Source: Pseudogymnoascus verrucosus (Eukaryota). Taken from it: a stretch of 64,000 nt of DNA. Shown piece by piece: positions 50,860-64,000 of the stretch; within the stretch, counting starts at the first letter, position 1, and every line of letters begins with the position of its first letter. The notes under the pieces are model-generated. The model searched no databases, was not told where the DNA came from, and worked only from the letters and a program-made list of their open reading frames with translations. Made by a program: the position numbers and the translations under genes. The stretch lies in assembly GCA_001662655.1 (NCBI GenBank), contig KV460206.1. The stretch is one strand, 5' to 3'.

Positions 50860-51504
50860 ATGGCGAATCCTGCTGTCAGCCAACCATTGGTGTGGATTGA
50901 CTGTGAGGTATAAGCCGCAGATGAGCTCCTCCGAGACCATCAACTGATGATTACACAGATGACAGGTCTTGACCCCGACAATGATGTTATTATAGAAGTT
51001 TTTTGTATCATTACGAACGGAGACCTCGGGATTGTCGATGAAGACGGCTGGGGCTGTACAGTTCACCAAAGCAAAGAGCGGATGGACGAGATGGATGAAT
51101 GGTGTACCAAAACACATGGAGAGACAGGTCTCACGTCAGCGGTGATAGCTTCAACAACGACAGCAGAAGCCGCTGCGGCTGAGCTCCTAGCATATGTCAA
51201 GAAGTATGTCCCAGAGCCTAGAATCGCCTTGCTGGCAGGGAACAGTGTGCACGCAGACAAGGCGTTTCTCAGGTGCGCGCCCTGGGCAAAGGTGCATGAT
51301 CACCTCAGCTACAGGATTCTTGACGTGAGCACTATCAAAGAGGCTGTGAAGCGATGGAGCAATCAGCAAATCCTCAAGGGAGTTCCTGCGAAGAAGACCC
51401 TCCATCAGGCAAAGGAAGACATCCTGGAGAGCATTGAAGAGGCTAGATATTATAGGGCGGCTATTTTTCAACAACCGACTGCGAGACAAGAAAGGAAGAA
51501 ATAA
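50860..51504 (+). CDS. rex2: Oligoribonuclease (REX2/Orn), intron 50908..50958
   Basis: PLVWIDCE|MTGLD, MDEWCTKTHG..GL, LAGNSVHADK.FL, YRILDVSTIKE, HQAKEDILESIEE (DEDDh exonuclease). Confidence 0.93.
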
Positions 51505-51671
51505 AAGCACCCATAAAATAAATAAATCGGGCCAACAGAAGAGCTGAATATAGATTCCCACGTCAAAGTCAGCTTATTCATTTTCGTTGGTCTTCTTTTA
51601 GAACTTATCCTGTCAATTGACGCACGTGCCATATGATGGCTTCGCGCTCTTTCCCTCAACCCCTCACATAG

Positions 51672-53564
<1,893 letters not shown>

Positions 53565-54383
53565 GCTATTTCCAATGGCCAAGGCACGAAGGCTTATATG
53601 GGGATCTGAAACCGCGGGGCAACAATGCATGCGACGCAGTGGATCATTGAGTTCCACTTCAGATAGCGATAGCAGAGCGAGCGTTGAGGTGGCTCCTAAA
53701 ATATATATCTCGCCGGCTCAAACTTAATGTCCTTTGAGAATGATTAGTTTCGCGCTGGCTCGCGTTTGCCGTTCGTCGATAAGCTCCTGCGCTCGTAAAC
53801 CCCAATTCAGCCAGCCAACTCACATACACTCCCTTTAGTACACTATGTTACTCTTGCCAAGGACCAAAACTTGGGGGGCAAGACAGGTTTTTTTTGGTTT
53901 CCAATACATACAACTCATAAACAATAAGTGAAATGCTTGTGAAGATCGCCATATGGCACATTATATGATGTTTACCCGCGAAATGCTTACATTTGGAGGG
54001 GAGTTTGACCCGGTTAGAGTTTCTCCTTCAGGTCAACGCAGCCACTTTCCCCAGACGACTATCGGCTAAGAATACCACAACCAATAAAAGTGTTAGCGCG
54101 GCTTGTGATTGCGCGTAGTGATAGAGTGCCATATGGCTTGGTAGCTTCAACGGCCATTTGAACAACACGAGCAATCGCAACATCGACATGTCGCATGTCG
54201 GCTTGATATAATACCCAGTTTGAAAATCGATTTTTGCAGCGTCTCTTATAGTTTCTCCGGAGCTTTTTTGGCATGTCGATCGTGCGGCGCGAAGCTCCCA
54301 GACTCGAGCTACCCTTCCGCAATCCAAGCTCTGTCGTAGGACAGGCACACTGAGTTGGCAAACTTGAGGCGAATGTCGAGTGA

Positions 54384-57300
54384 ATGCAACCTTTAAACCC
54401 TTTTCTCAGCGCCTTCTTCAAGGGTACATTTCCAGCTCAATGTACACCTGCCCATCATCACGTTAGTTATTCTTTTATCGGCTTCGAGATGCGATGACGC
54501 TCCGGATAAGTAGCGGATAGCTGACTGTGCCCCAGATCCTCCTCGTCCCGACCACTGAGGTCCTCCTCACCTCCCGCGATCGCGAATCCGGCGCCCTCTT
54601 CTCAGATCTCGCTCAGACAGAGGACTTTCTAGGAAGCCATGTGCTGCGGATACCGAATGGCAATGGCGCGACGCCGGGAGGGAAGGAGAGCATGCGCGAG
54701 CATAGGGGGAAGGCCAAACAATACACAACCATTAATGGCAGGACGGTGATAATTAAGGACGCATTTGTGTATGCAAATAAAGGTGCATCATAGAAACTGT
54801 GTTTGTCAAAGCTTACGGTGGTCGCTGACGGTTTACGAACAGGCTTCAAGACACTCAGCCAGGCACAACTTCTTTACGACTCCCTGTGGTACCCCGATTC
54901 GTTGGAACCAAGATCATGGCTTGTATACTACATATCCAAGCCTCTGATAGGCACCGTGGAGGATTTGAAAGACGAAAGCACGATATCGAAACCCGACTCG
55001 AACGGCAATCCAAAAACAGTCCCTTCTACCATGGACCCTCAGTCTGGGCCAGTAAATACAGCAGTTCCTCGCAAAAGGCTCATCAAGTCTTTCAATGACC
55101 TGCTAGGCAATTTTCCTATGATAGCACGGCAGATGCAACCTGGATTGGAGCGATTATTTAAGGAGTTCAACCATGTATTCGATAAGCCTCTTCCGCCGCC
55201 TCCATCCGCGAACCACATACCAGACCCAGATCCAGAAGGACCAATTTCGACCGCTGTGAAGAATGTGCGGTCAGGCAGCATAGCCCTTGGTTCACAACAG
55301 GAGAATGGTCATCTTGAGCGAGTCTTAACTGGGTCATCCTTTCTCGACGACGAAGAACAGATTATGAGAGGAGCGCTGGAAACTGCGGTGACGGCGGCCA
55401 TTGATATTTTCCAAATGGTTGACAAGCAGCAATTGTCACTTCTCGGCGCCACAACTGATCTAACCGGGCCTATAGTCGAGAGGCTTATCGAACGGTATGT
55501 TGCAGAGCAACTACATGGCGAGATCTTATATCCGAGGATCTGTGCTATTAAACGACCCGAAGATCTGGAGCTTGAGTCAAAGATTAAGCAGATGGAGTTT
55601 ATCGATATATCACAGGTCGGCATACCGATCCAAGGGGGCAACGCAGGAAAGCACGAACTTACACTGCGGCTCGGGCGAGCGGTCGAGGAATTTCGGAAGC
55701 TCGGAGTTGCCGGAAGTCCTCAACAGATGATGGATATCCTGCTCCTGACCTTAAGAACTGTCACTCAATTCTCGGATGTGCCCAACGGTGCATCGCCAGA
55801 CAATCCAAATTCAGAGAAAGTCAGTCCGATCCTGACTATAAATGCCGATACTCTGGTGTCGTTGCTCCTCGTCGTGGTTATTAGATCGCAAGTCAGAAAT
55901 CTTCAGGCAAGATTATTGTATATGCGCCATTTCATCTACATAGACGACGTCGAAAACGGAGAGATGGGTTATGCGCTAAGTACCCTTGAGGCGGTACTAT
56001 TATACCTACTGCGAGATTCAGGAAGTCTGCGGAAAGCGAGTAGGCGGAACAAAAAGCTATGGCAGTCAGCCGCAAATGGTGACTTACACGAACTCCAGAA
56101 GATAATGGAACCGGAACGCTGCGAGTCTCCGGGCGAGTACGAGGCCGATCAACAAGACACGCTGGAGCCATGGAACTTCACAAATGGGATTAGGAATGGC
56201 GTGCCTCAGTCTCCCACTTTCCAATCGAGGCGGTTATCTCAAATTTCACCTTTGGCCCATGTCTTTCCTTTCCAAATCCAGCAGAATAACGAGAATAACG
56301 AGAACACGCCGCCAAAGAATGAAGAACTACCCCCGGCCCCGCCGCCCAGACGGCCTAAGATGGTAACAATGGACATGCGGAGTATGTCATCTAGCTCGGA
56401 GATTTCGTTCCGCTCCAGAGCCACAACGATCGATTCTATGGGCAGTGGCATTGAAGGCGATACTTCAATCGAAAGGTTATCTCAGACCGAAGATTTACAG
56501 GGAGAGTCGGTGCTTATGATGGCCGTCAACAACACACGCCCAGAGTCATTGAGATATCTACTCTCACTCGAAGAGTATTACTCTGTCCTAGCTGTCCTAG
56601 CGGATGCGAATAACGAAGGCACCACATTATTTAGCGCTGCCGTGCAGCTCGGAAATAAGGAGATCATAGACATTCTTTTGGAGACTATGAGTCGTGTTGA
56701 TGAGCCTACCAGAATATCGTACTTGGCAAAGCAGGACATCCGTGGGAGAAGCGTAGGACATTATCTCTTCAACACTCATTGGCTCATACCACACCTCGGG
56801 AGATTAATACCGTGGAGGCAAAAGGATAATAACGGCCAAACCCCACTATTCGCGCTGTGTCGTTCATACGATCATAACGAGTATAGTGAAATGGTAGAGT
56901 CTGGTCTCATCGCAGCGACCGCCGCCCAAGGAGACGGCCTGGCACTTCATGTGGATGATCACGTTGATTCAAAAGGCAATACCTTGCTCCATATCGTCAA
57001 TGGTCCCCATATCGCTTTGCGGATACTGTTAAGAAGCGACGCAAACGTCAACGCAACCAACGAGAAGAAGTTCACCCCTCTTATGGTAGCTAGTAAATAT
57101 GGTCGGCTGGACATGGTCCGAGTTCTCTTTGGGGATCCTAGAGTAGACATATATGCTCGAGAACTGAGGGGTCTTACCGCAGTAGAGCTTGCTAAGGACG
57201 ACGAGGTCAGGAATCGCATAGACGATTTAGTACTCTTTTCCGGCCAGCCTGGGGAAGACGGCCGAATTACAACCGTCGTGCGATCGTTCTTCGTCGAAGA

Positions 57301-58483
57301 CGCCACGATCCGACTCGTCCTCAAATCCGGCGCCCCGTCTCACGACACCAGCTTCACAGTCACGACCTGCCGCCGCTCGTTAGCGGATTTCGAGCACCTG
57401 GCAAAACTTCTCGCTATAGAGAACCCAGCATCCTGGCTCCCGATTATAAGCGGGATGCGAAGCCCCTTCCAGATCCCGAGCAAACCGTCACGAGCTGTCC
57501 TGAGGGATATCCAGATACGGCTTGACGGATTCCTGAAGATCCTGTTGTCGCACTCTACCTTCTCCACTCATGAGATGCTGTGGGAGTTCTTCCTCGTGCC
57601 GGATATCCAGGCGGACATGATGGAGAAAAGGAGTAAGCTGAAGGCTGAAGCGCGGGTTGATCGATTGAAGGAGGAGTACGAGCCGATTCAGGATGTGAAG
57701 GATGTGGAGCAGTTTGTTGACCACGCGAGGGATATGGTGCGCAGCGTTAACTACGCCACAAAGAGCGTAGTCAGACGGACGAACGCGCTGCGCACAGCAA
57801 TGCTTGGTAAGTCTTACGGTCCCCTGTCTATCTAGCACATCTCCCCAAGAACAAAAGCGCTAACAGCCACAACAGACCTCGCAGATGCCGGACAAATCGC
57901 ATCCAAGAATCTCCAACCCCTCGTCTTCATCCCAGCCACGCACAGACAAGCTCTAGAAGCCTACCTCGACACCCTCACCCCCCCAACAATCCACCCCATC
58001 GGCGCCCTCCACTCCACCCTCGCCTCCCTCCACAGCACCGTCATCGCGATTCTACTCTCGCTCTCCCGCCCCACCAGTCTCATCTCCAGCATCACCGCCT
58101 CCTCACGCAGCCTCCAGCGTAACTACGCGTCTCTATCCCGCTCGACGCGATGGCCGCTCGGTCTGCTGGATGACACCCGTCAGCGGCTCGATCGGGAGAA
58201 GCAAGATGTTATTCGTAGGGAAGAAGGGGAGCGCGATGGGCTCGGTAGGGAGCTACGGTATACCCAGCAGGTTGTTGCGGGGGAGCTAGCGGGGTGGCAG
58301 GAGTGGCGCGCGAAAACGTTGAGGAGGGCGGTCAGGGAGCTGGTGGAGGGGATGGTGGTGGTGGAGAGGGAGAGGTTGAAGGGGATGATGAGGGCGGTGA
58401 GGAAGGTTGGGGGAGAGGGGGGAGAGGTAGTGAGTGAGGAGGCTTATGAGAGGGTTGTAGAGAGGGAGAGAGAGGCGAGGTGA
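54384..58483 (+). CDS. vrl1: VPS9-ankyrin-PX(-BAR-like) protein, Vrl1/VARP-like; introns 54462..54535, 54783..54842, 57807..57875
   Basis: MQPLNPFL..HHH|ILLVPTTE; INADTLVSLLLVVV..GEMGYALSTLEA (VPS9); ankyrin repeats (GQTPLFAL, GNTLLHI, FTPLMVASKYG); RRSLADFEHL..HEMLWEFF (PX); helical last exon ending at TGA 58481. Confidence 0.85.
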
Positions 58484-59687
58484 TGGGTGGGTGGCAATTG
58501 TTTGGTCATTTTGGCGGGACTTTTTAGAGGGATGGCGTTTGGGTGGGTAGGGTTGCTGGGAGCGGGTTGGCTGTTCAGATGTTCTTTTTGGGGGTGTATA
58601 AATAGGGATAATATTATAATTTCTTATGGATCACACAGCAAGCTGAGGACGAACTCTGGGATATGTGGTCTGGCCACCACTTTACGTCCAGTGATCAAGC
58701 GCAGCTCTGTGGAACTTGGAAAGCCATGCTGCCACTCTGATAGCAACCTCACATCATCGTTTAAATGCTGGTGTCATCATGACTCTGTCGTCACTGTTGG
58801 CATTCTTGTCGCTGCCATTTGTGTTGCAGCTGCTCTCTCGAATTTCTATAACCACAATTAAATAACCACAATTAATACACTATTCCACGGCCTTTCCTTT
58901 TAGCACTTCTCTCTCGAATATCCGTAGCCACAGGACACACTCGTATTCCACTGTGTTATTCTCGAGTACGCTCGTGAGATTTGGCGCCAATATATATACC
59001 CAATTTCAGCATTGCTAAGTATATTACGGAACTCCTACCCCCTTCTGTGCAAAATCCTTCACTGGGAGCTCAAACTCGATATCTAATGAGTTGGACTCAT
59101 TACAGTCTTTAGCCTAGGTTCTCACCACCTCTCTCTAACAGAAAATCACCAGCCAACCACGACCGCCTCAACAGCAACAATATGCACTACCGCCGCAGTA
59201 TCAGCAGTTGCAACAGATCTAGCAACAGCAACAAGCTGGAACATCCCTGCCATAGAAGAAGCACAACAAGCAGCTCGTGATCTTGCGAATCAGAAGCGGA
59301 ATGTAACCATTCAGATGGCCGCTAAGTCTTTACAAGGACGCATGGATGCTCCTAGAAGGTTTGGTCAAGGACAAGGTAGAGTAACAGAGGTCTTAGCAGT
59401 TCAAGGTGCGAAAACGTAGGCTATATATAATGCTCAAACTGCTACCGCAACCCAAGACGTGCATGATTAAGGCAACTTATACCATGATACTATGGGAATA
59501 TATGACTAAGAGTCAGATTTTTCAAGAACCTAAAACACAACGTTTAGTGGCAGTGTGTCTGTTTTCTAGGAGCCCCATGTTTCCACTGCTACAGCATCTA
59601 ACACCAGTGATCAGTGCCGATCGAGATCTAAGTGCAGAAGCCCGATCTTAGGCACTCAAAAGCAAATTTCCCTTAAACGTAGTTTGT

Positions 59688-59830
59688 AAAAGGTAACCTG
59701 AAGTGCGCAAAATCTAGTACTAGAAAGTAAAAATGCGTAGAAGTCGAAAAAGGTACCTTTTTGCCAGATTGCGCAAAATCTAGTACTCGAAAGTAAATTT
59801 GCCCAAAAGTTGAAAAAGGTACCTTTTCTG
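59688..59830. repeat. 66-bp tandem repeat built from palindromes (~2.3 copies)
   Basis: TGCGCAAAATCTAGTACT(A/C)GAAAGTAAA..AAGT.GAAAAAGGTACCTTTT repeated, with GGTACC at 59752 and 59818. Confidence 0.88.
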
Positions 59831-60803
59831 AAGCAAAGATCGTCACAGTCTCGAAGAAACAGCGGCGACAGCAGTTGTAGGCGGCGGTGACAGCGCGAAC
59901 GGTGGTATGATATATACCAACGGTGGAAGGGGATTTCTCGTCGCCGCCGCCCACTGTCACCGGAAAGGTTGATCTCGACGTTTCCATCCGCAATAATCAA
60001 GGAATAGATGCCCCTGTAGAGTGGTATTCTACCACAGCTTGATACGGGATGCTTGACAGAGCCATCTCATCCCTGAATTCGTGGTCCGTATATGAGACTA
60101 TGGTTCTGAAATATGCCCACAGCGTTTACAATGATGATGTTATCTTCTTTGTCTAGAAGACACATTAGCCGAACCGTTCAGTTATCAGCAAGCATGACGG
60201 CGCTCAGTTCGTCCCCTCATGTGCCCGCCGTACTAGAGTACCGAAGTATCATATGAGAATGACTTGACTGGTAACAGTGGAGGTGAATAAGTGAGTATCC
60301 ACTGCTCTCCATAAGTTATAGTAAGAAGCACGTGCGTACAGGCACAGCACAGGCACTGCTACCCAGACGGCTATCCCGTTCTCGCTTCGTCTGTACGCCA
60401 AAAATGTGCCAATGAGAAGGGCCTCAATGCGAAAAATCCGCATATTCCACCGAATAGCAGCTGTCCATCGTAACCCGGACCGGTATACGAGTTACGAGTT
60501 ACGAGCTGCATCCATCCACCATCCCAATCCCCCCTCATCCCCCATCGCCATTCCACTGAAACACCACACACACACCCGCCACGCCCACCAACGTCCACCA
60601 CTACCACCGCCGCTCCTCCACCGCCCTGCTCCAACAAATTTGCCGCCCCAGCCCAGCTTCGTCCCCCTACCGTTACTACTACACTACTATACAGTAGCTT
60701 CGGAGCACAAGGCTTATCTGCCATTGGGTCAGCAGCTAATCTCGGTCCGGTCCACTCCCATGCGGTGGTCACAGGTTCTGAATGGTCCTGAGCCCTGCAA
60801 GTG

Positions 60804-62525
60804 ATGGCGTTTGAAGATCCGGGAGATCGATCGAGTGCAACAGAGTCTCATTCCTCCTCCCCTATGGACCAGGACCAGGGCCAGGCGTCCTCAGCGCCGG
60901 TATCACGACCCCAGGCCTTTCGTCGGCCGCATCACAAGTCGCGTCTGGGATGTGTCCAATGCAAGCAAAGGAAAATAAAAGTCCGTTTTAGGAAGGGGCG
61001 ACCCTGTTTCCCCTCATCGCTCCTTCCCCTCCACAACATCCGGGGTCTTCTGGATCACGTGTATCTCTTTTTATATGGTGATTCACGTGATAGTTGTTCA
61101 CGTGAAGTTTTCCGTTCAACTTGTCCTCATCATTATCACTGAACTTCCCAGCTAACATCCCTTTTTTTAGTGTGATGAAAATAAACCAAGCTGTGACAAA
61201 TGTACGAGGTACAATACACCATGTTCATTTGTAGGACTTCAGCCGTCCAAGCCGGCCCTGGAGGTCCAGGCCAACTCGTCCCCGCAGCTCGCTCAGCGCC
61301 CCAAGGCTAATAATGGCACATCCCATACAACGCCCTATCCTTCTCCATCAGTCTCTCAGGGCCCTTCAAATTTCTCTCTCCTTTCTGGTGCTCCCGAGTC
61401 CTTCACATTAATGGACCTCGAGCTTCTCCACCACTGTAAGCCCCACCCCTTCCTTTTCCCCTTAACACAATCTAACCATTCCTAGACACAATCTCAACCT
61501 GCTTTACCATTTCCGATCTGCGCTGCTGGCAAACCGCCGTCCCCTCCATCGCAGTCGATTACCCTTTTCTCATGCGCGGCATCCTCGCCACCGCCGCACG
61601 CCACCTTGCCTACCTGCGCCCCGCCCAGCGCGACCGCTATGTCGCTGCTTCCGACAAGCACCACCACCTCGGACTTACCGGCTACCGCGAAGCCCTGACC
61701 GAGATCACGCCAGCAAACTGCCACGCCTGCGCCGCGTACACGCTCATGCTCAACGTCTACGCATGGACCTCCTTCCACGGCTCTGGCAGCTTCTTCCTGC
61801 CCGACCTAGACAGCGAATCCTCGCCCAACAAAGTGGAGCTCATCACCATCCTCCGTGGTGGCAACGCCGTCATGTCCGTTGCGCGGCACTGGGTCGTCGT
61901 AGGTCCGCTCTCGGCCATCTACCTCCCTTGGGTCAACTGGGACAAGGACCCCAATATCAGCCGTCTGCCCAGTGTGCAATCCCTTCTCTCTCGCACCGAT
62001 GACTCTCCCATCCTTCCCCACGAAGATGACGCCCGCCTCGAGCGCCTCGCTGCCCTCTGGTCCGCCCCATCATCTGATTTCCCCTCCCCGCCCGCTTCAC
62101 ACGGAGGCGCGCCGTCGGGTCCTGCACCCCTGACGCCGGAAGCGCGGCAAGTGCTCTTCGAGGTGCTGTTCTTGCTGCGTCGCATCTTCGTCATCAGCGT
62201 GGCGGATAACGGCATCGAGGCGCAGGCCGCGACGCTGTCGTGGTCGATTATCGTGTCTGACGCGTATATCGCGGCGGTGCAGCAGCGTAGCCCTATGGCG
62301 CTGGTGCTGCTCGCACATTACTGTATTTTGCTGAAGCGGTCGGGGGAGAGGTGGTGGATTGAGGGGAAGGCGGAGGAGCTGTTGGGGAAGATAAAGCGTA
62401 TTTTAGAGGCGAGTGGGGAGGGCTGGATGCAGTGGATTGAGTGGCCCATGAGGGAGGTGGGAGAGGGAAGGGTGAACGGGAGTGTGTCAAGCCAGGCGTC
62501 GACGGTGGCTGGGACGCCGATTTAG
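60804..62525 (+). CDS. Zn(II)2Cys6 transcription factor, Upc2/sterol-uptake-control-like; introns 60981..61170, 61436..61485
   Basis: RRPHHKSRLGCVQCKQRKIK|CDENKPSCDKC; DLELLHH|Y; PFLMRGILATAARHLA; PMALVLLAHYC..WWIEG..WIEWP. Confidence 0.88.
61056..61104. promoter_or_regulatory. Three TCACGTG E-boxes inside intron 1 of the Upc2-like TF
   Basis: CACGTG at 61056, 61084 and 61099, each preceded by T. Confidence 0.45.
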
Positions 62526-62837
62526 AGGCTGGGGATGTGTGGTAGGTATTGATTTGTTGCTGGTTGCTCGGCAGCTGGCCGCTCGTCTGTTCTTTCGTGT
62601 CTTTACTTTTTGGGTATAGGTTGGCGTTTTTATCAAAATATGGCACGGGTTATGGTGCCTTTGCATCTGCATCTGCATATATAGAGAGATAAAATCTCTG
62701 AATACGATTGCAGCTTCTAGAACCGCCTTGCAGTATAGCAGCGGGGAATCTAGCTGCTCTACAACCTTCAGCGGCATCTTGCAGTATAACATTGCAATAT
62801 TCGGCACGTGCAATCGTAAGAAATGACACATTAAGCA

Positions 62838-63600
62838 TTATCCGTCATGACAGGCTCCTTCTTGCCACCCTCCATACCCCTGAATGTAACGGCCAAATAT
62901 CAGTTCCCCAACTAAGATGCCCCCAAGGACCGCAAAGAGTATCCCTAGGTTCAGGGCCATCACAGCCAACATTCTAAGAGGGAAGATTAGCCAACATCGC
63001 TCTTCAAATATATAGAATGATGGAAACATACAAGATATACCCAATAAAGGCCCTGATAAACTCCATAACAGCTCGTAGCCCATCCTTCTTTACACTCCAG
63101 CGTGCACTCGGTTGCCAGTCGCCAAGTATCCGGCGAAAGGGGGCACACTGACGCTGTGAATTGTGTTCTTTCGGGGTGCACCATTCATCACCAAGCTCTC
63201 CATCCGTCGGAGAGGTCAACGGGTCGCATTCCAAATCATCATCCCGAGCCATGGAGGTAGGGAGAGGGCTTAACTTGGCCTTGAATAACAGACGGCTATT
63301 GCGTACGGTGCGCAGTGGAGGTAACATATTTGTTTGTCGGGCCTGTTCCAGCCAAGCTCGTTCAGTCTGGAATTTCACAGCTCCAAGAAATCGATTTAGG
63401 ACAGCTAGGAGGAAGACGCAAATTATTGTTGCAATATATGAGGATACTGTGGTTGTGGCCCATTCCTTGAAGAAGAGGGTGACGTGGGTGCCAGTAGAGA
63501 AGATGGTCGACATGCTCATTGCTCCCATTTCCATTTTATCAGACATTGCGGGTGGCTTGGGCGAGGCCATCGTATCGTGGTCCATCGATTCTATGTCCAT
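62838..63600 (-). CDS. Ctr-family copper transporter, intron 62974..63031
   Basis: Met-rich N-terminus (MDIESMDHDTM..MEMGAMSM), LFFKEW, RAFIGYIL|MLAVMALNLG (MxxxM), LGGILVGELIFGR, C-terminal CH motif. Confidence 0.9.
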
Positions 63601-64000
63601 GTCTATTAGAAACAGGTGTAATAGCGGCCTTTGACGTGAGATATGTCGTCTCTATCGCCAGAGCTTTATTTTGAGGGGAGGTGAACACTATGCTCTGTGA
63701 TATAATGCTTTTGTACCTGACGCCCAGCAATCAGCCCAGACGTGTCTTGTACGCTTGTTGCTAGCCAATACATACTGAGGAGCATGTTTCTCATAACGTG
63801 CTAAAATGTGCTCGAACATTCTCAACCGTATTGTTAGGTATGGTCACAGTGTGATCCCCCCGGGCTGACTGTCTAGGAAACAAATTACTCTGTTACCACC
63901 CCACTGCTTGCATGGAAAACACTGCGAAATTGTCTTGCTCTATATTAAGATGTCCAATTGTGTATTCTTATATGATTGTGTACAAAGCCATCGACGCCTG

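Overview
Gene-dense chromosomal window from a filamentous ascomycete. The introns are short GT..AG with CTRAC/CTAAC branch points. Gene content and composition suggest a Leotiomycete such as Pseudogymnoascus, which is my inference. I can build about 22 spliced protein genes: a divergent gldB/cutA(cut-1) glycerol-osmotic pair, a Pch1-type cyclin, a DUF1765 protein, two F-box-like proteins, a small acidic Cys-rich protein, two Zn2Cys6 transcription factors, a DUF7918-like protein, BAP31, ral2, sfp1, rcf2, a kelch protein, dus3, a Gfo/Idh/MocA oxidoreductase, oligoribonuclease, phosphoglucomutase, a VPS9-ankyrin-PX protein and a Ctr copper transporter. I found no rRNA, tRNA, CRISPR or intact transposon. 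Unexplained structure includes a ~25-unit non-coding array (conserved core plus variable segment) at 32.1-33.0 kb in a 5 kb gene-free gap, two palindrome-rich modules resembling transposon ends (19.9-20.05 kb and 59.7-59.8 kb), RIP-like TA-rich patches in promoters, a recurring C-rich then G-rich block switch at gene ends, and triple CACGTG clusters. Coordinates were read by eye and family calls come from recognising motifs, not from database searches.
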